From the NCBI GenBank assembly GCA_910592345.1, contig CAJVPI010000156.1:1-47928 (forward strand): 47,928 nucleotides of DNA. Reading direction: 5' to 3'. The translations under genes were made by a program, and so were the position numbers. Shown here in pieces: positions 31,668 through 42,277 of the stretch. Every line of letters begins with the position of its first letter. Within the stretch, counting starts at the first letter, position 1. A model generated the notes under the pieces. The model ran no database searches. It saw only the letters and a list, made by a program, of their open reading frames with translations, and was not told the origin of the DNA. The DNA is from Paraglomus brasilianum (taxonomy: Eukaryota).

Positions 31668-34116
31668 ATGGACAAATTCTATCAATGCACCCAACTTCCA
31701 CCCGATAATTCTAATTATTCGCTGACTACATGTGAGTTCGAGAAGGGATGGTTTGGCAAGAATGTAGAACTTTTGTCACCTGTAGCGAAGGAATTATTCT
31801 TTCTTGGAGTGGCCGAAGCATATGATACTATAAAAAGAATATGTGATCTTCGTGCCGAAGCTGATTGTAACATACGCGCACTGGATAGCATGATTCTGTA
31901 TTTAGACGAAGTGAGACGATTAATTCGGGAACAAGAGGGTAACATTATTAAGAGCCGAGTGCCGAAGTTGGTGCAGGCATTGAAGGAGTGGGAAAGATTT
32001 CTGGTGCATTATACTAAAGCTAAGATTAGAGTATTATCACGGTTTGATATTATGACTGAGGTAAAGTTTTATCAATTTGGAATTATTAATTCAAACATGA
32101 CTGTATAGCTGACTTATAATTATGGCATTAAAAGTTTGAACAAAAACTGGAGAAACTTTTTGTAGATCTGGAGGTTGCCCTTAAAGCAGCAAACATACAT
32201 ATGGTACTGCAAAACAATTCCATGCTGACAGCAGAACTTGTTTGTATGAAAATATCTGATAGAGAGGAAACTGGCCCATTAGAGAAAACTGATAATGTTG
32301 CTCATACAAGGACCATGTTGCGATTGTTCTTTCAAAGAGTCAAGGATGAATTTGTTACTTCAGCCATTCACAATGGTGTAAGATTGTCACAACAGCGACT
32401 ACGAAGTATTTCTATTGAGCCAAATCAGATTCAATTCATTGATGGGAACCAGTATGGAAACAAAGTGTTGTACAAAACAAATATTTATGTTGCAAGGACT
32501 TTGGTTTATTACCATGTGGATTTTCGAAGCTTTTACAGAAATGCTTATTTTCATTCCAAGTTGAATTCCAAATTTTTTTTAAAAAAGTGAGTGTTTTCTG
32601 GATATTAAATGTTCAAAATATTTGATACAGAAAATTAATAGCTTTTGATATTTTCAAACAAAAAGCTTTGGGGTTTTATCAAAGGATGGTCTTTACTATC
32701 AAATTATAGAGTGGGCAGATAACGGATCACTCCATGAATATTTGCAAAAACACAAGGATCTTGGATGGGAGTGGAAAATAAAAATGGTTTACCATATGGC
32801 AAAAGCAATTGCAATTCTGCATGACAAACTCATTCTCTATAGGAACATTTCAAGGTAAGCATTTGTGTAATGATTTATTGCACACATAAATAATACTTGT
32901 TTGCTTTTACTAACAACAATTACATTCACAGTCATCAGATATATGTAGATAAAGACAAAAATGTAAGATTAAAAAGTAATCTTTATACAAGATCAGGCGA
33001 TAGTACTCGGAATGTTAATAAACAATTAGAAACTGTTCGGTGGACTTGTCCTGAAAAGGCACAAAATCCGCACTTGCCTTCCTCCAAAGCATCTGATATA
33101 TACAGGTATACAACTTTACTCATAATTAATTGTTGCCTTTGAATAATCTATTTAGTAATTGTTTGATATTAAGCAGTTAATTACTTGAAACAAGTATCTC
33201 AATTTACCAATTTTTTTGTTACCTGACGTTAAATACTATAATTTATAGTTTTGGTCTGCTCATGTGGGAGATGTCTTCACATGATGTCCCATTTAAGGAT
33301 AAAACTCCAAAAGAAGTATTTGAATTACTGGGGAATGCAGACTATACAAGTGAGCTACCAATAATTAAGGACACACCCCAAGTATATGTAAATATAATGA
33401 CATCTTGTTGGAACAGAGATCCTACCAAACGTCCTTCAATACAGGCTATTGTGAGACAGCTTAGAGAACTTAAACCACCAAAGAATGGAATGGACTCTAG
33501 GGAGACAACTGGTTTGTTTATTCCCAACCATGCAGTCAACTACACCTTAAACAATATAACAATTCAAGGTGCATGTGCTTTTCATTCTGTTGGCAACTAT
33601 GAAGAAGCATTCAAACAATTCAAAACATTGGCAGATTGTGAGGAGGCTGCTGCTGAAGCCAATTTTTATGTTGGTCGTTATCTTATGGATTTGAAGATTG
33701 ACTTTGAGAAAAATCCAGACCGTGGAGTGAGTTATTTGATAATTGCTGAAAAAATGGGGTTGATGGATGCTGTTCAATTTCGAGCACAGGAAAGTCTGTT
33801 TGCTGCTACAATATTGAGAAATCAGTTGTATGAAATGGGTGACATTGAAAATGCAAATGAAATTTTTGAAAGAATGAAGAAAGAATGTTTACCATTATAT
33901 GAAAAAGGTGCGGAGCATGGCAATTTGCGTTGTATGAAAGATTTGGCCGATTATGGAGCAAAATTGGGAGATGAAAAAAGTTTTATCAAAGGCATCAGAC
34001 TGTTGGAGCATAGTATAAATATAGTACAAAGTCTTGCTAAAAAAATGAAAATTATCAAGTATCTAAATGAACTAAAGAAACATGAGGCAAAGTTCCAGCC
34101 TAATATAAATGAGTGA
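31668..34116 (+). CDS. N-terminal helical-bundle domain + tyrosine-kinase-like pseudokinase + Sel1-like repeats; 691 aa
   Basis: Exons 31668-32060, 32135-32586, 32666-32854, 32932-33105, 33249-34116 (2076 nt). Kinase fold motifs IIEWADNGSLHEYL, VRWTCPE, SDIYSFGLLMWEM, CWNRDPTKRP are present; catalytic motifs are degenerate (VART, YRNIS, no DFG). Sel1-like: AEANFYVGRYL, YEKGAEHGNLRCM. Confidence 0.88.
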
Positions 34117-34617
34117 TTAACATTTAATATTAAAATTAAAAGATTATAATTAAAATGGCCATTTATTGATTATTACTACTCTTATTAATAATGTTATTAA
34201 ACTTCTGAATTTTGTCATTTACCTCTATATATTTATAATAGTCATTTAGTTAACTCTTTTGTTACATTATAAAATAACAATAAAATGTGATATTATTATA
34301 AGATAAATTGGCACAGGCATGACAATATGACAAAATGCAACTGTTGGTAATATGCATGATTATTACAAAAGCTTGGTGTGTTGATTGCCAAGAAGAAAGT
34401 TCCCAAATCATTAGTTAATCTTCAAAAGTTACGAATCAGGTGGCATAACGTTGAGTTATCGAGGTTTTACATATAATATTTACACGCTGGTAGAGTTCTA
34501 GTGGCTCACCCTTTACTAGCTGCTAACAGACATACTGATTTAACATGTCCACTAATTTTTTGATTATTGTTCTGAACACTTTCTCAACCGGAATTCGTAT
34601 AATGACATCCTATTGTT

Positions 34618-35119
34618 TCATTCTCTTTTCCAATGTCCATCAGACAAGCTCCTTTCGAGACTTCCCTTCATGTCTCTTAACTCTCTTTGTCCTTCAACAA
34701 GTCTCTGTCTTATCTTATCCTTTGTGACAAAGAATTAGTAAGGAATCGTAGTCAATTGATCAACTAATGTTAATAGTCGGGTGTGCTTACAATATCTGTC
34801 TCCCCATATGCATTTTCGAATTCGGTTCTAACCCATCTCAGTGTGTCTGCTCTGTCTTTATTATTAGGGATCACTACGTAATAAAAAAAAGGAAGAAGAT
34901 CATATTGCATTGACAAGAAAAAGAGACGAAATATTGATGCACCCAAGATAAATCTTACAGCGTGATGTTCTTATTATGTCTCTATACAGTTGAAGAACTT
35001 GTTGCCTAAGAACATACTAAAACACAGGTGAAGTTGAAAAACCATAGACGGTTAAATGTTCAGCGATAGTCGACTGCTGTATTTACCTGCTTCAGAGAAG
35101 TAGCCTTCGGAAACCGCAT
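34618..35119 (-). CDS. LYRM2: LYR motif-containing protein 2 (mitochondrial LYR family), 91 aa
   Basis: Exons 35119-35087, 35016-34959, 34873-34791, 34719-34618 give MRFPKATSLKQYVLRQQVLQLYRDIIRTSRLIPNNKDRADTLRWVRTEFENAYGETDIDKIRQRLVEGQRELRDMKGSLERSLSDGHWKRE. It has the LYR motif, W.R.EF, and the LYRM2-type lead-in LKQ.V.RQQVL.LYR. Confidence 0.88.
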
Positions 35120-36078
35120 CACTAAGCAATTCTGCGGCCACCAATTTATGTCACTAGCATGGGAAGTTTATTAAGCAGCTAAAAAATTTTTTTTGTCAAA
35201 TGGAAAGGAAAATACAAAATTTCTAATTTTCAGACTACATCGAGCGGCCTTACTATAAGCGCATAATCTGCGTGGTTCAATCAGCATAAGCACAGTTTTC
35301 TAAGCTAATCGAAAAACGTCTTTCGCCAGGGGGGTTTTGGCTAAAGGAAGTACAATAATCTTATGAAAGCAGGATGCCTACTACAATTGTATCCTAACTT
35401 ATTTGCCATTTCTACTATATTACATTTCTTGTCACTCCTTATGAAAACGTAACGCGTAAATGAACCAATTGATTGTGATAATTAAGATGTCTTTAATAAT
35501 CAATTCGTTTATCGAGTGTTCGAAAATTCACCAACTCGCTTTAACAGGGAAAAAAAAAGCAATTTTTTTGTTGCAAAGCGATACCAAGCGTTGCAAATAC
35601 ATAGAATGAACGCGATTTCGATTCATTCCAAGAAGAAGACGTTACCGACAAGGCTTGCTATGATTATGACAATCTTTTAATCTGTTTCAAAATGACACAA
35701 TGCTGATGCCCAAATTTTACATAATGAAGACATTTTATCCCAATCGGTTTATATTCAACTATTCACCATAATGCATAGATTTATTTATAGAGATCTTGAA
35801 TGAAAGAAACAAAAGAACGTACATTTTAGAAACGTATAAATGTTACTAATTATGTAAGTCAATGTATTCTTAATTTATTACAGAATACATATCAGCATTA
35901 GATTAACATCGATTATTATTAATTGTGGAAAGTATTTCCTAACGGGCCGGGATAGAAGAATTAATGATAAACCAAGATAGAATACAAGTAATTCAGAAAT
36001 ACGAAAAAAAGAGATATGAAGCAAGTAATTAAGCAAAATAATAATCAACAAAAAAAAGAAAGTTGCTAAACATATTAT

Positions 36079-38292
36079 TTATCCGTCAGTCACACTAACA
36101 GTCTGATATAAGCAGTACTTCTTCCAAGCCTCACTGTCATCCCGTTCAAACTCGCGCAGTACGTTCATCCATTCCTTTGGCCCTAATGACTTCAAACCGT
36201 ATGCATCACTTGCAGTATATTCGATCTTGTATTCGAGATTGTTAGCCAGATTGGCTTGCGTCATGTTCACATAATATTGGACGTAGTCGAGGAGATGACC
36301 ATAGTTATGAGGGGAGGTTGCGTAGTGATAGACACGTAATCCTGGATTATTGGCTTAACGTTTTATAAAAGAGAAGGTTATTGCGAAAAGATTGTGGAAT
36401 TGCCATAAACAGGTAAAGACAGTAGATATGAAAGGGATGGGAAAGAACCAATACTTATTCACTTATCTGCTATTCTCTTACCAGGAATAACTGACGGCGC
36501 ATTATTTAATACCAATACTACGTTCTTGATTGAATTCTTTGCAGGTTTTTTTTCCTTCACTACAGGGAACATCTTGTATCCTTCACTCGATTCAGTTACA
36601 AATGCTAATGTGTCACCGTTCGTGTGCCCTGAATCGAAAGACAAACGGTACATGTACAGTATATCAAAGTTAGTAAAATTCGAGTGCTTCTATTTATTCC
36701 TCTTCGTTCTAATTGGCTGTTGCGAATTTAAAGTTACCTGCAAAGTGTCCAATGATTATACCAGAGTAATGACCAAGAATATCAACGTACATCTCATAGC
36801 ATTTAGGGAAGTAGTCGATCGTTCCTGATAATCAAATGTGATTAGTCGATATACCGATAGCCTTACTTACAAATGATGCGTCGTGACTGTACGATATACA
36901 GCATATCTTTTCGAGCGTATTTGAACGCTTCTACCTTCCACTATATTGTTAATCATTCTTACCTTTAGAATCGAACGGTGGCACATGCTGTAGTATTGCG
37001 ACTCTCCTCCCTCTTCCCTTCAGATCTCTCATTTCTCCTGCCATCCATCTCAGCATCTCCCATCCTATACTTCCTTCAGTGCAATCACCGACTAGGCCAT
37101 TACCATTATATAAATACATTGAGTTCATAGAAATAAATGTTAGTGGACTGTCGGGAAGATCGTGACGAAAGTAGCCTCCACGAAGGAAGGAAGATGTTAG
37201 GTTGAGATTGAATGGTTTCCAGATATGAAAGAGAGTATTTAGGAATGGTGTTGGACCAGGCGGGAGAGAGTCGTGTTCTTTTTGGATGATAAGACAAAGA
37301 TTAGTAATGTGAAAATGCGAACGAAGCTACACAAGAAACCAACAGCAAACAGACTAGAGCAATGGAAGCATCACTTTTAACCAGAAAATAAGAATTAAAT
37401 ATAAATTTGCTAAAAATTGAGCACTTAAAATCTTGAAATCTCGGGATGGGGAGGAAGCCACTGTTTCGACTATGACCCCTGGCGTAAAAAGGAGCGATAT
37501 AATTTGAGGGAAGACTTTGGTCCTTATCTTACCGTATACGTCGTTGTTACCTATCGTTGGAATCTAGGACCGATGATGTAAGGCCGATGGATACGATAAA
37601 AAAGGCGGTGATAGATTGACAAGAGATTATGAGTAAGACAAAATGAATATAATCTTACGTCCGACGATTCGACACAAAATATGTATTTATCTTCTACTTT
37701 GCGACTTCCTTATGTTCACTTTCTCGTATCCCCAATTTCCTTTCCGTCTCTAAACCCAAATAAATACTCACTACTGCGATACCATTCTTAACAAACTCAT
37801 CCACAAACCATTGCACTACCATCCTGTTTCCTTCTTCTACTTCTGCATACGTTCTTTCCATCAGTTCATCCCTATCATGTCGTACACTGTCTCCAGTATA
37901 GACAACGAATTGTACAGGCGATACTTCATTACGAAGGAAATCAAATGTCGCATTCGATGTGATAAATGGAGTATCACAAAGCGTGCTTACAGTCCCGTAG
38001 GTAAGGGCAGTGTTGGGTGAATTAAGAGAGCGGCGATGACAAGACAAAGCAGGAGAGGTGTGCGGACGGTAGTGTGGATCTACGTGAATGTCTTCATTAT
38101 TGAAAGCGAGAAGTAAATATGAATGATTTGTATGAAATGATTTGAATGTTTTAGATAACAATATTAATATTTACCCGTGATATGCAAGAACTTGGCCGGT
38201 GTGCCAGTGTTCAGTCGAGTTTGCGAAGACGGAAAGGAATGAACAGAAAAGACGAGCGTTGTGAAGATGGCAATTAGTGTTGCGTACAGCAT
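36079..38292 (-). CDS. PPN1: PPN1-like endopolyphosphatase (acid sphingomyelinase-family metallophosphoesterase) with a signal peptide; 430 aa
   Basis: Exons 38292-38175, 38091-37772, 37563-37533, 37277-36963, 36824-36738, 36628-36482, 36353-36079 (1293 nt). Motifs: KFLHITDIHVDPHY, CDTP, TGDSVRHDRD, IPTIGNNDVY, GGYF, HVPP, GHTNGD, APSVIPANNPGLRVY, LLDYVQYY. N-terminus MLYATLIAIFTTLVFSVHS. Confidence 0.8.
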
Positions 38293-38765
38293 AATTGTGG
38301 TGTACATGTAACTGAATATTGTGAATAGAGAATCGGTTTTCTGTTGGTATCCGTGTATGGTTGACGGTTCTCTGACGAGATTGGGAATGCATTTTCGACT
38401 ATCAGCGAGTGTGAAATGATGATCTAACTGTTGATCAGAAAGAACACTTATTTTGGCATAAAACAGTGAGCCTACAAATCAGGCCTCGGTGCACTAATGA
38501 ATACGCTCTACCCATAATTAGTTGTAGCGTGCTCATAAGCGGTTAAATATCCGCTAATCTATCGCGCCAGAGTAGGAAAACAATCATAAATGATTACAAA
38601 AGAGTTGCCTCGATGTAGTCCCACTAGAATTTGGAAATACCCCAGGAATTAATAAACTTCTATTACATCAACAATAATTTTGTAAATGCCTTTACTATTA
38701 CTCGGGGTTAATATTAATATTAAAGATCGACTGGTGATCTATAAACGGCTCGTGTAACAAATATA

Positions 38766-38771
38766 CACGTG
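38766..38771. promoter_or_regulatory. E-box CACGTG in the divergent PPN1-like/RSC9 promoter
   Basis: Perfect bHLH palindrome, ~475 bp from the PPN1-like ATG and ~83 bp from the RSC9 ATG. Function not demonstrable from sequence. Confidence 0.35.
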
Positions 38772-38853
38772 ATTTTATACTAAAATATAAAAGGCTTAAT
38801 TTTGCGAACAAAATCTTATTATTTGTTATCCTTTACAAAGTATACCTATAAAC

Positions 38854-41800
38854 ATGAGCGTTATGCGCTCAGCACCACGTACGTCTAAACAAGTCGATGA
38901 CACAATAGAGCGAACACCGGAATATAACGTGTTTATGAAAAAACTGGAAGAGTTCCATATTTCTCATGGGTGAGTTTAGACACTATTAATATGTAACGAA
39001 AGGAAGGGTTAGAACACTCGTAAAAAATACAAGTCCATACGGTTTTGATTTCTGATTGACACAACTTTGACTGTCGGACCGTGAAAGACTTGACAAACCA
39101 AGATCAGCAATATTGTATAAGTTGCATTTAGTGTATGTTTTAGTTCTTTGTCACCCTTGTATAACACAACTCGGGTTTAGTCTCGCGACAATTTCCAATT
39201 TAAATATATATTCCCTATCTTTCCCGTATCCAGCACGGTACTTCAGAAAGAACCTGTCCTCGGATCCAAAAAGCTTGATTTGTACAAAATCTATTGCATG
39301 GTCGTTGCGGCTGGAGGATTTGAGAAAGTTTCTCAAGAGCGTGGTTGGAAAAAAGTAACCATTCCATTTAATTTCCCATCTACGTGTACCAACTCCGCGT
39401 ACGTCATGAAAACAGTCTATGCAAAGTATCTTGAAGCATTTGAAATGGAGCATTTATGGGGGAAGCCCGTTCCATATGGGGGGTTACCGAGCAGTATTCC
39501 TGTGGGACAAAAGGATTGGAAGAGAGACATTGGAGAGGGTAGCGGAAAGGAGAGGGATAGAGGAAGGGGAGAGACAATTGGAATAGGTGTAGTGTTTGGA
39601 GATGATGTACGAGGAAATATAAAAGGACTTAGAGATGGAGGAAATGTAAGTGGTGCGGGAAGTGGAGGCGGTGAGTATAGTAACGTGATACTGTTTGAAG
39701 ATTGGTGTTGGGTATGAATGATGCACGGAATAGAGATAATTAATAGGGTGGTGTTCTCGCGTGCATTTATTGATGGAGAACGTCATTATGTTAATATTCA
39801 GAATCAACTTTGATTACTTTTCTTGTGTATCTAGGTATCGGTCTGTCGAGATCGCTTGGATCATCAGGGCAGAAGCATTCTTTTAACTCTATTCCTGATA
39901 TGTCATATTCTTATGGACCCAGCGGACAAGTATTAGGTAATTGAAAGAGTTGATAAATTTAGTCTCACATCTGAGAATAGTTTCAAAACGAACAGTTTCC
40001 ATTGCACAGTGATTAGCATATCGATATTACATATTTGACTTCACTAACGTTATCTCCACTCTCAACTTTTCCATTGCGTAATTCATAATTATCTTACGAA
40101 AAGACAATGACTTAACGGGTGGCCATCATAATAGAATACTGCTCGCCTTCAAATCATATCTCCCAAATGAAGTAGAGTGGGCATTCACCAAACTTCTTAC
40201 TCTTTCATACGAGAAACCCTCGTTACTCTACATTGACTCCATTCCTGGACTCATCGACACGCTACTCTCATTCGTTCAACCATTTTACGATATATGTCGG
40301 AAGAACCGTGACGATACGCTTTCACGGGAAGAATATTGGTCATGTCATTGTGGATTAAGAGGGTGGTGGAACACAGAAGAAACTGAGAAAGAATACGCGC
40401 AAGCAATACAAGCACTCTTAATAATCAGAAATTTGAGCTTCGAGGGACATAATGCAAGGTTGATGGCACACTATAAACCACTGAGAGAACTACTGATGGA
40501 AGGAATAACATCCCAAACTGTCTCAAATTGGTATGAGCTCCGCACATACTGCCTCGACGCGATAGAAAACATGTGCTCTTACATAACACTCAGATTCAAA
40601 TCTGAATCTCTCCTTGCCCTTCTTTCGTCCATGCTCTTTTCTCCTGACCGGTGTCTTGTTCTATCTTCTATCCGTTCGCTAACTAATCTTGCTTCGACTG
40701 AGCACAATGTCCTCATATTCCGAACACTGGACGCATCAACTGTGGAACGTATGTGTCAGTTGCTACTTGTTAACGATGAGGATCTTATTTCGGCATGCTT
40801 GGACTGGTTTTATCAGTTCACTAGCATACATGATGAAACGGCTTTGGACATTGTGAAACAAGCACCGGGAAATTTTGTCAAGCTAGTGAAACATTTTTTA
40901 AAATATGGGGCGGTAGAAGATTACGAAGAATTTATTCTAGGCAAGGGAACGGAAGGGCTTGTACAACATCGTGTAGCAAGATGGGCACGTTTGGAAGAAC
41001 CACAAAGATGTGTTGAGTGGTAAGTGATATTGGCGGAGAAGAGCGATGGGAAAGCGAATAGAGTGCGAAAGGAGGTAACACGGCATCAAGAGTGACGCTT
41101 AGGGATAGTAGCTATAAGAACCTCATCGTGTTTGTCTTGTGTCCGCTTTCTGCATTCATTTGTATACTCACGGCCAATCATTTTTTTTCCCACGCAAAGG
41201 TTAAAAGACACTTTTGAATCATCTCCCAAGGACAGCCTACTGCAGACTGAAGTATGGTTTGCATATCGTGACGAATTCCGTGAGATACCGCATACTATGA
41301 TGCCGGCTGCAGAAGTAATAAAACTTGTATCTCAAGCATGTCCGAATTCCGTTGCCATGATGGTGAATACGTCTGAAGGGCAAAAGTATATTGTTCATGG
41401 GATAAGGAGGAAGGCGACCACTAATTCCCATCCATCAGCATCTTATCATTCTACGAATTCTGTTGTTCCCACCGCAAATACGTCTATCATTCCTACCACT
41501 GCTGCAAGTATTGCTTCGCCTCTTGTCCCGTCTTCTACCACACCCCCATCCACCTCTCAACAATCACCCATATCTCAACAACCACATCCATCTCAACAAT
41601 CACCCCCATCTCAACAATCACCCCTATCTCAACAATCGCCCCTATCTCAACAATCGCCCCTATCTCAACAATCATCCCCATCTCAACAATCGCCCCCATC
41701 TCAACAACCACCCCCGTCTCAACAATCACCCCCGTCTCAACAATCACCCCCATCTCAGCAATCACCCCCATCTCAACAACCAACCCCATCGCAACAATCA

Positions 41801-42277
41801 CCTCCATCTCAACAACCAACCCCATCGCAACAACCATCTCAACCACAAGAATCATCTCCATCTCAACAACCAACCCCATCGCAACAACAATCTCAACCAC
41901 AAGAATCACCTCCGTCTCAACAATCACCTCCATCTCAACAATCGCCCTTATCGCAACAACCAACCCCATCTCAACAACTACCCACATCACAAAAATCAGG
42001 TAAAACTTACCCCGCTGTAACTACCCCGGCAAAACGAGATCCGAGATCATACAACGATTGTCCAAAAATCTATCTCCAGTCTGACGAAAGCGGAGATGCT
42101 ATTGGGATTCCTTTGACAGCAGCATTGATTCTTAGGAATCTTAGTCAAGTTAAGGCTGTGGTGCCATATTTTACACCATACGAGGATGAGTTAGCTTGTA
42201 TGTTTGCTTCATGCAGACAATTAGCAAAGTATCTAGGAGAGACATTGAGCAATTTGGCAAATTTGGAAAATACATAA
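38854..42277 (+). CDS. RSC9: RSC/PBAF subunit Rsc9/ARID2-like (ARID, ARM-like region, RFX winged helix); 882 aa
   Basis: Exons 38854-38969, 39234-39670, 39835-39936, 40104-41019, 41200-42277 (2649 nt). ARID: KLDLYKIYCMVVAAGGFEKVSQERGWKKV..YAKYLEAFE. Also RILLAFKSYLPNEVEWAF; RFX WLKDTFE..QTEVWFAY; C-terminal GIPLTAALILRNL. Confidence 0.9.
41555..41994 (+). repeat. 18-bp coding tandem repeat SQQ(S/P)(P/T)(P/L), about 24 units
   Basis: TCTCAACAATCACCCCCA-type units, directly visible. Confidence 0.95.

Noticed and set aside
35235..35300. GGTTCAATC B-box-like word suggesting a tRNA
   Set aside because: No cloverleaf or acceptor stem could be built.
38171..38392. 73-aa ORF as the first exon of the phosphoesterase
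   Set aside because: Wrong frame. The FLHITD motif and signal peptide are in the frame starting at 38292; at most this is an overlapping uORF if transcribed.
41463..42020. ORFs with LNNHPH repeats (+) and VEMGVI repeats (-, 41535-41990)
   Set aside because: Alternative-frame shadows of the 18-bp repeat inside RSC9.
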